Shown piece after piece: positions 14,405-32,539 of a stretch of 64,000 nucleotides of DNA. A model generated the notes under the pieces. That model saw only the letters and a program-made list of their open reading frames with translations, was not told where the DNA came from and made no database searches. Made by a program: the position numbers and the translations under genes. The DNA lies in the NCBI RefSeq assembly GCF_009914755.1, contig NC_060933.1. The stretch is one strand, 5' to 3'. The DNA comes from the human T2T-CHM13v2.0 reference genome, Homo sapiens. Positions within the stretch are counted from its first letter, which is position 1. Each line of letters starts with the position of its first letter.

Positions 14405-14529
14405 CTGGGTGTGGCCATCCCTGTGCTCTGAGAGGCTGTGGTCGGCTCTCGGTCCTTGCACATCGGAGGCTGCTCCAGCTTCAACGCCTCCTCTGGCCTG
14501 GCCTGGGTCGAGTGTCTCTCCATCAGCTG
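14405..14529 (-). CDS. CCDC187: CCDC187 long-isoform exon 13 (QLMERHSTQARPEEALKLEQ...MATP)
   Basis: Acceptor ctcctcacag (NAGNAG, cagcag), donor AG|GTGAGG; 125 nt, phase 0 to 2. Confidence 0.78.
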
Positions 14530-15715
14530 CTGTGAGGAGTGGGAGGTGTGTTGCGGAGAATGCAGGAGGCGGCTCCACAATTGTGGGCATTGGGTCGGGG
14601 CGGTCAGGCCAAGCCCAGTCCCAAGGAGGAGCCTGAAGCTGGGCAAGTCTCCAACCTCAGGGGCCTCTCTGTCCATCCTGCAAGTGGGGCCGACAGCCCC
14701 CTTCTGCCTCCCAGAGAGGCCACTGCAAGGAAGCAGGGGTGGCCAGTGCCCCGCCAGGGCTGGAGGGTGTGGGAGCTGGGGGACCAGCTGCATGGAGACG
14801 GGTGGGAAGGAAACCCCAGCTCCGGTCCCGGCTGGGGGTGCTGGGAGGGCAGGCACAGGAGGGGAGCAAATCCTGTGATGCGGGGAGCAGGGAGGGAACA
14901 GGCAGGGACACAGGGCAGGGTGTCTCTGTTGCTGTCGGTCTGAGGCTGCCTGTATGTGTACTCCCACACACACACACGTGCACACACACCCACACGCGTG
15001 CACACACCCACACGTGTGCACGCACATACTTCCATCACTCTCCTGGAGATGCCCCCCAACATGTACCGTGGATGTACTTCCCACCATCGACCCCTGAACC
15101 AAACACAGAAGAAAGGTCCACCTCCCAGAAGGTTTATCCCCTCCAGCCAGGTCACAGCCGTCAGCCACCCGATCAATCCCCTGCCAGGGTCACCGCTCCT
15201 CGGACTGGGTGACATTGTCCCCTCATGGGGCAGGTGCTGAGCCACCCCGGGCAGTGGGAGCTGCCTTTCGGAGGGGACACTATTGGTGCAGGACGGCCCG
15301 GCAGAGGTGGCTCAGGAGACACTAAGCTCCTTCCTGTCTGGCAAGAGACCTGCCGGGGGTGTAAGCACCACATGCATTTTGGGTTGCATGCTCCCATGGA
15401 GAGCCCAGGGCTCAGGGGCCTACCAAGCCTGGGACACGGACAGGTGGGAGGCTCCAATGGCCATCTGTGACCCAGCTCTGGTTCCCGCTGGGGCACCCCC
15501 CAGTGCCAGCGCCCCCAGGACACATGTGGCTGAAACCTCCTGTTTCTGCATAGAGACTTTGCTTTAAAGGGAGCTCTAGCCTCTGGCTTGCCTCCTCTTG
15601 ACGAGGGGCACCCACTGTTCCTATGGAAGTCTCCGCATTCCTTCCCAGTGTGACTGACCTTCCCACCCAACCTCCTGCAGAGACAGGGGCTCCCCCTGTG
15701 GCAAGCGGCTGCTAC

Positions 15716-15823
15716 CTCCAGCCGCCTCCTGAAGAGCAGCCCATCCAGGGTCTGCTGTGTCTCCCGGGCCTCCAGCTCTGCCCGCTGCCGCAGGAGGGCC
15801 AACGCCTGCTTCTGCTGGTCCAG
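15716..15823 (-). CDS. CCDC187: CCDC187 long-isoform exon 12, coiled coil (LDQQKQALALLRQRAELEARETQQTLDGLLFRRRLE)
   Basis: Acceptor ctctccctgcag, donor GAG|GTAGCA; 108 nt, phase 0 to 0. Confidence 0.82.
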
Positions 15824-16172
15824 CTGCAGGGAGAGCCCACAGCTCACGGTTCCTGCTGCCCCCAGCCAGGGAGGGTGGGCCCCTTCCTCGGGGGTCACCC
15901 CAAGGGATCCTATGTCTGGGCAGGGCCCCTCCCTCCAGCCCCCCGACTTTCTCTCCCTGCCAGGGGCTTCCCCATCAGCCCGGGAAGGCCAGGCGCCCTC
16001 TGTCTGTTCCTCCCACCTGCATGCTCCCCTCCCTCTCACCCGGCCACTCTGTTTCTAAATTCTATAGTCTGCACATTAGTGCCACTTCTGCTTGGCCTCT
16101 GGGAGACAGAGGCTGCTCCCGGCTCACCACCTAGCAGAAAGGGGACCCAGCTGTCATCGGCCTTGGGCAAAC

Positions 16173-16249
16173 CTTCAGAGAATCCAGAAAGCTGGAGGTC
16201 TTCTGCTGGGTGTTGGGAAGGCATCTCACACATGGGTCCTCCTGCTGAC
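16173..16249 (-). CDS. CCDC187: CCDC187 long-isoform exon 11 (GQQEDPCVRCLPNTQQKTSSFLDSLK)
   Basis: Acceptor ggttccacag, donor AAG|GTTTGC; 77 nt, phase 1 to 0, bridging the 21073 donor to the next exon. Confidence 0.7.
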
Positions 16250-16789
16250 CTGTGGAACCATGGAGGGGGATAGCTGAGTGGCCCAGGCCGCTCTCCCGGC
16301 CTCCCCTCGCCGCTGCCTTGGTGCACCATGGCATGACGGGTTAATACAGCCTCTCCACCTGCAGGGAAACTGAGGCACAGAGGCCAGGAGTGCAGGTGGC
16401 CTGAGTCCTGAGCCCAGCTGGCATCAACTCCATCAACAAGAGCCCCTGCCCTGCATGTCGAGGAAGGGCTGGGAGGGCTGCAGCCCCACGGAAGGACACG
16501 GAGACCCACTGCATCTCCTCGTCCCTGCTAAGGCTGGCTCTGCCTGACCCCGGCCAGGACCAACTCCAGGATGGATGGCAGGAGTCTGTGGGGAGGGCGG
16601 AGGCCCAGGACATGGGCTTTGCCCCCAGACAGACCGGGTCTGTCATGCATTTGCCATGTGACCTTGAACAAATCACTTGTCAGTCAGAGCCCAGTGGGGA
16701 CACAGAGGTTCCTCCTTCCCTTGTGTGAGGGTCCAAGGAGATAGTTTGGTACAGGCTGGCTGTGCACTCAGCAGGTAGAAGCTGCAGCT

Positions 16790-17062
16790 GATGGTGTGGA
16801 CAGGGTGGGTGGGTGATGACGGGGTGGGTGTGAACGGGGTGGGTGGGTGCTGATGGGGTGGGTGGGTGCTGACAGAGTGGGTGGGTGCTGAGGGGGTAAG
16901 TGGATACAGACAGGGCAGGTGGGTGCTCACAGGGTGGGTGGGTGCTGAGGGGGTGAGTGGGTGCAGATGGGGTGGGCGGGTGCTGACAGGGTGGGTGGGT
17001 GCTGAGGGGGTGGGCAGGTGCTGAGGGGGTGGGTGGGTGCTCATAGGGTGGGTGGGTGCTGA
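16790..17062 (+). repeat. G-rich minisatellite (about 18-19 bp, gggtgggtgggtgctga core)
   Basis: Direct tandem repeats; G-quadruplex-compatible. Confidence 0.9.
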
Positions 17063-18263
17063 TGTAAGCACCTGGCACAAGTCCAGGGCTCTCCTTGGAA
17101 TTTCTGGGATTGGTCCAGAGCTTGGGTATGAAAACCTCAGCCTCTTCCTTGGATAGTGAAGTCCCCAGCAGCAGCGGAGGGGGCTTCCCTTTCTCCTTGG
17201 TGGCCCCAAGTCCCAGCTCTGACTCTGAATGCTGTTGGAGCTCCTGGCCCCACAGAGGCTGCCACCAGGAGGTGCTGCATGCAATGGGGTCTGCAGATGG
17301 TGGGGCCCTCGTGATGGCTTGTGGATGAGCGCCTTGGTCACTGTTGGCTGGTGTATGGATGGAGCCAAGACCAGGATCCCCACTCCGACTGTCCCAGAAC
17401 CGGCAGCTCCTCCAGTGGACTGCTCGCCTTCCCGGAACGGAGCAGCTCAGCCATGAACCATAGCTAAGCCGGTTCCTGGGCGTTTCCACAGCAGCAGAGG
17501 ACACCCCAAAGCACCGAGACAGGGTGAGCAGCAGGGGCGCCTGGCCACCTGGCGTGCACTGAGCATTCGGGGTCACCCCCGTGGCCCCCATCTAACTGGT
17601 GATGATGGGAAGTGAAGACACTCTTACACTTCTTTGTTTGGGTTCAGGTGTCTGTTCTGAGCTGAAATTCCTTTTTTGCAAAGGGAAGAAACCATCTTTT
17701 GCTTTTGTTTCATGGCCCTGAGAGAGGCTGAAGCCAGAGAAGGGTCCCCAGCCCCACCAAATGCCCCTCTGGCTCCTGGGAGCCCCACAGTCCTGCGGCC
17801 CCCACAGATCTCCCAGCTGTGGCCTGAGGAGGGGGAGTCCTGGTCATCACCGGCCATGTCAGCACCCAACAGATCAGAGGACATGGGGGGACATGAGCTG
17901 TTTGTTCCTGAGCTCTGAGCTGTGACCCCGGAGAAAGCGAGCCGTCCCCGAGCTGGGCACGGCCCTGGCTGGACAGAGACTGCAGGAGTCACCCCAGTGA
18001 GTGCCCTGACTCCTCTAGCAATGGGTGAGGAGCCCCAAAAGTCTAGCCCCACGTGCCACCCCAAAGTCCCTGGTAGCTGTGAGGATGCAATGGGACAGTT
18101 TGACAGATCTTGGCACATGGCAGCTGCGGTCACTGCTGGTAGTGATGATGTTAACTAGCTACGTTCTCAGTCATGTGGCTTGGGTCCTGGGGAGTCACAG
18201 CCTCAAACCAGAATGAGGCTGACAGGACCCTTACCCTCAGTGGGGGCTGTGGAGTTTGAGAGC

Positions 18264-18472
18264 CAGGGCCCTGCTGTCCAACATGGCGGCTGGCAGCCAC
18301 ACCCACCGTTTACATTTAAACTTAACAGAAAATAAAACATAAAATGCCACTCTTCAGTCACACTGGCCACATTTCATGGCTTGACAGCCACATGTGGCTG
18401 GTGGCTACCATATTGTACAACTCAGAATCCGGAACATTTCCCTCATTGCAGAAGGTTCTGGTGGACAGTGTG
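18264..18472. mobile_element. MER3-like hAT-Charlie DNA transposon
   Basis: Ends ctgctgtccaa.../...tggacagtg; internal agccacatgtggct palindrome. Confidence 0.75.
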
Positions 18473-18886
18473 GTGTACCTGTTTAAGTCTAGAAAGTTCC
18501 ACTGGACAGAGCTAGTCTACATGTTTAAGTCTAGAAGCTTCCATTGGACAGTTCTGGTCTAGGTGTTTAAATCTAGAAGGTTCCATGGACAACTCTGGTC
18601 TGGGTGTTTAAGTCTAGAAGGTTCCATTGACAGAGCTAGTCTACATGTTTAAATCTAGAAGCTTCCATTGGACAGCTCTGGTCTAGGTGTTTAAATCTAG
18701 AAGGTTCCATTGGACAGCTCTGGTCTGGGTGTTTAAGTCTAGAAGGTTCCATTGGACAGCTCTGGTCTGGGTGTTTAAGTCTGGGTTTCACTGGACAGCT
18801 CTGCTCTGGGTGTTTAAGTCTAGAAGGTTCCATTGGACAGCTCTGGTGGAAGTGTTTATGTCTAGAAGATTCTCTCGGACAGTGCT
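18473..18886 (+). repeat. 42-bp minisatellite, about 10 copies (tgtttaaatctagaaggttccattggacagctctggtctggg)
   Basis: Direct tandem repeats; 14-aa periodicity in ORFs 18636..18833 and 18687..18971. Confidence 0.92.
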
Positions 18887-19263
18887 GCCTCCAGTCATAA
18901 AAACTAGACCCAACAGACTCCTGTTGCCTGTCCCCCTGGGGCTACTGCACATTCCGCCCATAGGATGGTGAATGAGGTATAGGGGTAAAAACTGCCCCTT
19001 CAGGCTGCCCCTTCCAAGGAGGAGGCAGAGCCTGACTCTGACCTCACCCCCTTGGGAGATCCTGGCCAAGACGTGGCTGTCCTGCAGCCATTGGAACTGT
19101 CTGTGACTCACAGCAGCCAGCCCCTGCCCATCCAGCCTTCAGGAAGGGCGGTCAGCAAATCCAGCAGTGGGAGAACGGAGCCCCATCCCAGCCCATACCC
19201 GGGCACTCTGGGAAGCTTGCTGCACCTCCCTGGGCTGCACTTTCTGGGAAGAGAAAAGGTGCT

Positions 19264-19620
19264 GCTATGGTTTGAACATTTGTCCCTCCTCATGTTGAAA
19301 TACAAGGCAATTCAGCCATGAGGCGGCAATTCAGCCACAAGGCGATTCAGCCATGAGGGTTCCACCCTTGTGAATGGATGAGTGCCATCATTGTGGGTGC
19401 AGGTTCACTATAAAAGGAAGAGTCCCACCCCGTCGTCCTCTCTCCTTCTCGCCCTCCTGCCTTCCTCTCTGTGTTGATGCAGCAAGAAGGCCCTTGCCAG
19501 ACACCGGCATCTTGTTCTTGGACTTCCCAGACTCCAGAACTGTGAGCCAATACATTTCTGGTCATTATAAATCATCCGGTCTCTGGGATTCTGTTACGAC
19601 AGCATAAACAACCAAGGCCA
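19264..19620 (+). mobile_element. MaLR LTR (MST/MLT1-like)
   Basis: tgctatggtttgaa start; ttggacttcccagactccagaactgtgag 3' motif. Confidence 0.8.
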
Positions 19621-20919
19621 GAGGCCCACGGGGGCCTTCCTGGCTCTGAACTGCCGCCCCACCCCACCGGCACATGCGCTTTCTGCCTCTTCCTGTTGAA
19701 TTCTCCCCTTGGCACTCATGCCTCAGATCCCACACACTGTGTATCCTCACTTGCTCATCTTCTTACTGCCCACTTGCCCTGAAACACAGGCACTGTAAGG
19801 GCCGGGGCCTGCTCTCTCAGTGCCAGGCAGGCAGTGATGCTCAGAGGGTGTGTGTGGAAGGAAGGGGCAGGTGCATACCAGGGCTGCAGAGGCTCCCACA
19901 CCCTGGAGACTGGGAGAGTCTCCCAGGGGAGGGGCCGGGGTGGGGAAGACGCAGACCCTTCCTCCCTCAGAGGGCTTCAGGTGTGAGCCCGACAAGCCCT
20001 CCCCTCCATACACACAAGCAAGCATGCACACACACATGCACGTGCACACACACACAGGACCCTCTCTGCTGGTCCACAGAGAACAGCTTCCCTGAAGCTG
20101 CCAGGTGTGGCTCCAGGGCCCTGGGTGGATGCTATCAGTTGGGGAGGACCCGATGAGCACTCCCAAGCCCCACAGCCGGGAAGCAGACTCCAGGAGGGCT
20201 CCAGCCCAAGGCTTTGAACCCAGACCAGGACTGGAACCCTTCTCCTCCCCCTGGCACTGGCCCTGCAGCAGGAACACCTGGGGCTCCGCCCACTCCCCCA
20301 GGCCTTCCTCAGGCCTCCCCGCTGCCAGCCAAGGAGGGTGCAGGTTGTATCTGGGGCTGCTCTGGGGTGGTGGTCCAGGGTTAGGGGTTGGATGGGGGCC
20401 CCCATTCACTCAGAATGCACCCTCCCACCATCTCTCCCCCAGCCAGACATGAATGTGTTTTACTCCAATGCTCAAAACCTGTTCTTTTGAAGAAAATCAA
20501 CAGACAATGATGAAGCGGCAAACGGGGGTCCCCCACTTCTGAGTCCACACTCAGTTCCCATGGCTGCACCAGCCCCTCCAGCTGCCCTGCCAAGCCCCCC
20601 AGCCAGGAGGGTCCTACAGCGCAGCCCACGCCAGCACGAGGCCCTCAAGCCCAGGGCTTCAGCAGCTGCTGGGTCCCTTGGGCACCAGGCAGTGGGCACT
20701 GCTCGTTGGAAACCCCGGATGAAAACACTCAGTAGCAGAAGAAAAAGTCGAATCCGAGCTGATGGGACTGTAAGGAAGCGCCCTAGGAGGTGGGCTGGGC
20801 ACAGCGGCACGGGGCATGGCTGTCATGAAATAAGCACGTGGGTCTCATCCACCGAGGGCCCATCACTGCAGGTGTGGTGAGCACAGAGCACGCAGAGGGT
20901 CCCGAAAGCCTCTAAAACC

Positions 20920-21598
<679 letters not shown>

Positions 21599-22490
21599 TC
21601 AGAGTCTTCCCAGCCAGCGTGGTCATCGGGACCATCTCTACCATCTACTAAGGGCACTGCCCACCAGGCCCAGAGCGGAACGGGGTCACGCATCAGCTGT
21701 GACCCTCACCCCACTGCTCAAGGCTGGCACTGGAGACTGCAGGGCAACCTATCTGGGGAGCACCCGGGCTGTGACCATGGAGGCAGGTACAACTGGACCC
21801 ACACACCTGCCCCCACTCAAGCTGGCCAGCACGCAAGGCTGACAGAGCCAGGAGCCAGGTGTGGCCACTGACCTTTCTCCCAGAGGTGGCCAAGTGGTGA
21901 GGGAGAGCTACCAGGCACGGGGAGGCAGTGCTACTGGGATGAGGGGTCTTTGGGGTGCACAGAGAGACGGGTTTGTGGGCGGAGCATGTGCTGAGCCTGC
22001 ATCCGGGGCATGTGGGCGGGGCATGTGCTGAGCCTGCATCTGTGAGCACGGCTCACCTCACTTCGCATTTCTTATCAGGGCCCCCATCTGTGCTTCCTGG
22101 TACACAGTGACCCAGAACCCACTGGAGTGGCTGAAGATGCTGCCCACACCTGTGGCCCAGGGGTTGTTAGGCAGGGGGTAGACACGCCCTCCCTCAGCAG
22201 CCCGCAGGGCCCACAGGTGTTTGTCTCACACCTGCTGTGGGCAGGAGCTGTGCAGGGTCTGGTCATGGTGGTGACCCACCTCCCAACCCCCGCCCGCATT
22301 CCTGGTGCTGCAGGGGAGCTGGACGTGTGCCCAGGCCGTGAGGGGCTGCATGGCACCTGGGAGCACAGGCCTGGAGAAGTGTTCTGGAACCCGGGCTGGG
22401 TGGCTAGAAGCCCCAGTGCCTCCACCACTGAGTGCTGGGCTCCCATGGGACAGAGGGGACAGACTCACCCCAACTCAGAAATCAGTCTGA

Positions 22491-23064
<574 letters not shown>

Positions 23065-24977
23065 TCATGAATATGATTCCGCCTCCTGCTGTCTCTCTGC
23101 CGCCTCGGCAGGGCTGTGGGGGTGGAGGGCACAGTCCAGTGCCCAGCCCTGATGGGAATGTCTGGGTGCCATTGCCACAGGGAGCCCTGGCCGCACCTCT
23201 GCCCCTCTGGCTGCACCCAGGCTGTGCCAGGAACGCTGAGACCTCAGCCTGGGTCTGGCCCTGGGGACAGATCTAGCTGGTCCCCCGGGAGCCCGGGGCA
23301 CTGAAATTAACCTTTTCAAAAATTCTCACTGCCTCCGCCTCTGCCTCCCACCCCTTCTCAAGGGCTGGGCAGAAGTCGTCCTGGGCATTGCAGGCGACAG
23401 AGGCGAGGTCTGGCCCGATGCTGCCCTCTTCTGGTCACAATGGCTCAGTTCCATGGGCCGGACTGGGCCTGGGCAGCAGGTGGGGTTGGGAGTGAGATGG
23501 GGCACAACCCAAAGGCCCTGGCGCAGGCACCAAGCCCGCCATCCCCTGAGGGCAAAGGGGGCTTCAGGAGAGGAAGCTGGTGGGGTTTCCTAGGAAGGAT
23601 GGGCAGGGGAGACCTCGGGCCAGGAAATGTCCCAGCAGGAGGAGAGGGGAGGGGAGGGGCAGGGAAAGGAGGGAAGGTTGGGCTTGGGGAGAGGGCGCCC
23701 CCTTCCCCCACATGTGGACTCTGAGCAACAGCCCCTCTGCTGCAGTGCCCACTGCCACCCTAGGGCTACACGTGGTGTCTGCCCTCATGCCCTCGGCCAC
23801 CCAGCAGAAGACAGCTTGGTGGAGGTGGGTGGCATGACCCAGGCCCTGATGTCTGGGGAGCCCACGTCTAGGTGTCCCTGGTGGACCTGGCCATGCATTG
23901 AGGATGCACAGAGCTTTCCCGAGAGACCGCCGCCGGCCTGGCCTCCTGCTTGCCCCGCCCGTGGTGCTGAGTTTTCGAGCCCGGGTTCCGGGGCTGCCTG
24001 GGAAGCAGCTGCTCAGGTCAGGCCGGGGTCCCTCACCCAGGGTGCTTCCGTCAAGGACAGAGGGGTGAGAGTGGCTGGGAGTGGCCCAAGAACGCCTGGC
24101 AGTATGCGGTGTGCAGGGAGCCGCGGGGACCAGGAGGGCACTGCTGGCCAGGAGGCCCTGGACAGGGATCCCGGCCCACACCAGCAAGAGCGAGAGGCCG
24201 GCTGGGCAGGTGGTGGGCTCGGAGGAAGATTTTTGGTGGGGGGCAGGTGTGGAGGGGGTTTTTTCAGGAGAGGAGATCCAAACGTGTTCACAAATCCCCA
24301 GGAGGGACTCAAGGCCACAGCTGCTGCTGAGGCTTAGGTGCTCGGGAGGGAGCGGCCGCCTCGTGCACTGCAACCTCTGTCACGAGCATCTAACTCAGTT
24401 TCCACCTGCAAAGCCCCCATGGACCGAGCCTGCTGGGCTCCGCTTCAGCCTGGGGCTCACTGGGGCTGCAGGCGCTGGCGTAGGGCAGATGCTCCCCCAG
24501 GGGGAGGGAGTTGGGCTGAGAGGGGCCTGGGGGCGCGGGGCAGGCACAGTGTCCCCGGGAAGGGGCTTCAGATGTACCTGTGTGACATGGCCCCAGAGGA
24601 GGCTGCAGCCCGTGCTGGGGATGGGAGCCAGGTGTGTGAGGCTCCATGGACAGGCAGCCCTGAGAGCTCAGGTGGGGTCGCCGGGCCCGGATGGCAAGGA
24701 CCACCCGAGTCACTGTCCCTGCACTCAGTCTGGAGCAGCAGGCAAGAGGGAGCTGCACCAGTGGCGTCCCCGAGGCCCGCAGCCAGTTCAGGGGGCATTC
24801 GTGGGGGGAGTGTCTGACGCGGGGCTTCCCTGCCCCGGCCAGCGTCCGAGCCAGCACCACCTGCTCCGGGTCCCTGGCCGCAGCCTCTGGACCAGCATGA
24901 CGGGGACACATGGGGGTGAAGTGAGAGGCAGCCCGTGAGCGTGGGCGGGCAGGTGGGCAGGTGGGCAGGTGGTCTTA

Positions 24978-25106
<129 letters not shown>

Positions 25107-25527
25107 TCAGCCGGGAGCACGGGACGGGGGACCCAAGCCATCACAGCAGGAGAGGAGCCTGAGACACACCTGACAGGGGTGGGGGTGTGGCAGCCTCCCT
25201 GGCCCTCAGGCCTCTCTGCTGGAGGAAGGGCAGGGAGGCAGCAGGGAAGGAGCCACTGGAGCGGCCTCACCCTTCTGGCCAGAGAACAAGACAGGAGCAA
25301 TAGCTGCTGCGGGTGCCATGTGCCACACAGGAGAGCTCACACATCCCACAAGGACGAGCCCACACACACCACATGCCACGTGGGAAAGCCCACGTACACT
25401 ATGCTGCTCAGACCCCCTGGACTGTTGTCCTCCTAGCCCCCTTTCCAGAAGGGAAACCAAGGCTCAGAGAGAAAATGGGGTCCCCATTCCTCCCAGCCCA
25501 CAGGACCCCCTGGCCACCCAGCGGTCA

Positions 25528-27462
<1,935 letters not shown>

Positions 27463-28685
27463 TAATTTTTTAGGTGGGGAAAAAAAAGGACAAGGACATG
27501 ATGAAGTGAGATGAGGCCCTGCAGCTGCCCGAGACGACGAGTCCCAGCTACTCGGGAGGCTGTCAAGCAAACGGAGCCCGACGGTGGCCAGTGGGGGAGG
27601 GGCTGCCCTTGGGAAGGGGGTGGCATGGCGGGGCCAGCATGGGATGCTCACCCAGCGGCATACTCAGGACCTGCGTCCTTGTCTTACTGGACATTGACAG
27701 ATGCAGCCCCTGGGCTGCCCTGTGACCCAGACTCCCGGGAAAGAATCCCAAAACGAGTGCCTTCAAGACAAAATGGAGCCAAAAGGAGCCAGAGGGAGGG
27801 GTCGGGTCCTGCAGAGAGGGGTGGGAGCTGAGCTCCCAGGGGCCAGCCTGAAGCCCCCAATACCAGCTGCCAAAGATACGCCAGGGGCAGCCCTGAGGGA
27901 GTCCAGGGTGGGACGCTCTGGTGGGTGGGAGCCCCTCCCTGGCCTCTGAGCCAGCTCCCCCTGCCCGCTGGAACCCAGGGCATGCAGGAGGCCTGGCCGT
28001 GAGCTCCTCACAGGTGCCTAGCGTGAGGCCAGGCCAGAGAGTGTTTGCCACTGGCCTGAAGCTGGGGCCTTCCACAGCCCTTCCTGGGCGAGAGCCAGGC
28101 TGGAAACTGTAGTGAGACCCAGGCGCAACTCCCCCAAGCAAAGTTGGGGGAGGTCTTCAGACCCCATGTGTGTGATTCACGATGCCCCAGGGGGAGGGGC
28201 CTCCAGAAATTAAAATACACAGTAGTCAAAGCAAAACAGAAACACAGAAAAGAACCTAAAAGTAAGCGCTGTGAGGAAGTGGGGAGATGGGGACCCTCAC
28301 GCCGGCCGGGGGATGGGAACCAGGGCGGCTGCTGTGGAGAACAGGGTGCAAGTTCCCGAGAAAGCTGCACACAGAGGTGCACGTGCCCATGCAATTCACT
28401 CTCAGGTGTGCACCCAAGAGAAACAGCTCAAGGGCCAAAGCAGGTGCAAGCACCCATTCACGGCAGCGGCAGGTGGAGCCCGGGCATCCGTTGGCCACGA
28501 GGTTGTGAAGAAAAGGTCACCTGCCCACAGCCGGGCATTATTCAGCCACAGACTCAATGAAGTTCTGACTCAAGCTGCAACATGAATGAGCCTGGAAAAC
28601 GTTATCTTGAATGAGCCTGGAAAACGTTATCCTCGGTGAGAGAAGCCAGACCCGTACTTGGTGATCCCATTTAGATAAAATGTCA

Positions 28686-29007
<322 letters not shown>

Positions 29008-29416
29008 GAATAGGCAAATCCGTCGAGGCAGAAAGGAGACCCCCATGGCTCCCCCACAAGGGCTGCAGGAGGGGCTGCCTCCTGAGGGTGGGGGCTCATG
29101 GGGAGATGGAATGTTCCGGAACTCAGTAGAAGTGGTGGTTGCACAGCACACGGGGAAGGTGCTCAATGCCACGGAACGTGCACTTTAACGTGGTGGATTT
29201 AAGTTTGATGCGACTCTTGCCTCCATGAGAACAAGCACAGTGGTGACCGCCTCCTCCAAGCAGGCAGGTGGCACTGTGGGCGGGCAGGGCAGAGCCTGCC
29301 CCACCTGAGGAGCCTCTCGGTCATGAGGCAATGTCACGAGGGCCCCAGAACGCACCCAGAACTGTTCTTGGCCCCCCCCAAGGCCCCGCCCGGCATGTGC
29401 AGCACCCACACTTTCA

Positions 29417-29518
<102 letters not shown>

Positions 29519-29791
29519 CTAAAGTAGAGGGCAATGCCATCAGAGCCCCCCGCTCGGGAAGACCACACGCCCCGTTCTCTCAGCCTCAGAGCTAGGCCTT
29601 GACCTCCCTTGGGGGTCTCAGGCTGCTTCCCCAGAGTCTTGCAGGAATCGGGGTCCCACTTCAGGGGCTGTGAGAGGCAAGGGGGTCCCTCCGGAGCCCC
29701 GTTGCACCCAGGGGCAAAGGCGCCCAGGTCTGACCCTGCACCTCACCAGGGCCTCCCCCAGGGAGGCATCCACAGAAGCGCTGGCTTTCTA

Positions 29792-31761
<1,970 letters not shown>

Positions 31762-32539
31762 TTAAACAGAGAAAACATACACACAGCCGGGCGCCCCATG
31801 GCCCTCTGGGCACTGGCCCGGACGGGGAGGTTGGTGGCTCTGCAAGCGCCAGGAGGCCACTTCAACACTCCCAGAAGGCACCGGGAGGATATCCCTCATG
31901 TCCAGGCCCCTGTTGGGCAGAGCGGGACCCTCAGCCTGCACAGGGCAAGGCTGAGTCTCAGGGCGGCCATGGGCAGGTGGCTTCCCTGACCCTCAGAGTC
32001 CTCCTCCTCCCTGACCCTCAGAGTCCTCTTCAGGAAATCGTGGACAACAGGACCTGCCCCACAGCTCTGCCGGTGAAGCTCTCAGCACAGGCCGGGCACG
32101 CAGCACATGTGAAAGAAACGCCGAGCAGCAGCAGCAGCTGGAGTGACAACCGCGAGCCAGCAGCCCCACCCTCCGCTCCGTGCTGCACATCGGGCTCCGC
32201 GCAGCACGGGAGGTCCTGTCACCGCTGGCCACGTGTGCCGAACCACAGGAGATTAACCTGCTTTTAAGCCAGCAGAGCCAGCAGTCACACGGGTGGGCAG
32301 CGGTGAAGGCTCCCCGGCTGGCAGGGCAGGGAGTCCCGGGCATCGCTGCAGCAAACGGCCCCACGTCCCGAGTACAAACGAGCCTTCGCACGCAAATGGC
32401 ATCACGCAGTGAGTGGCGCTCATCCAGGTGGCACTTCACAGCCCAGCTCACGGCCACCGATGCCAACACCAGCCCCACCAGCCCCGTGGGCCCAGCTGCG
32501 AGGGCCCTGGCAAAGGCCGGAGGTAGGGCCAGCCCTGGG

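Noticed and set aside
16250-16360. Alternative exon candidate beginning at ccctgcag|gtggag
   Set aside because: Phase does not fit the 21073 donor; 16173-16249 fits both neighbours
18473-18886. CRISPR-like regular repeats
   Set aside because: Units are contiguous with no unique spacers, no cas genes, eukaryotic context
28583-28632. 25-bp tandem duplication (similar small ones at about 1481, 19307, 21983 and 31984)
   Set aside because: Ordinary slippage duplications with no evident function
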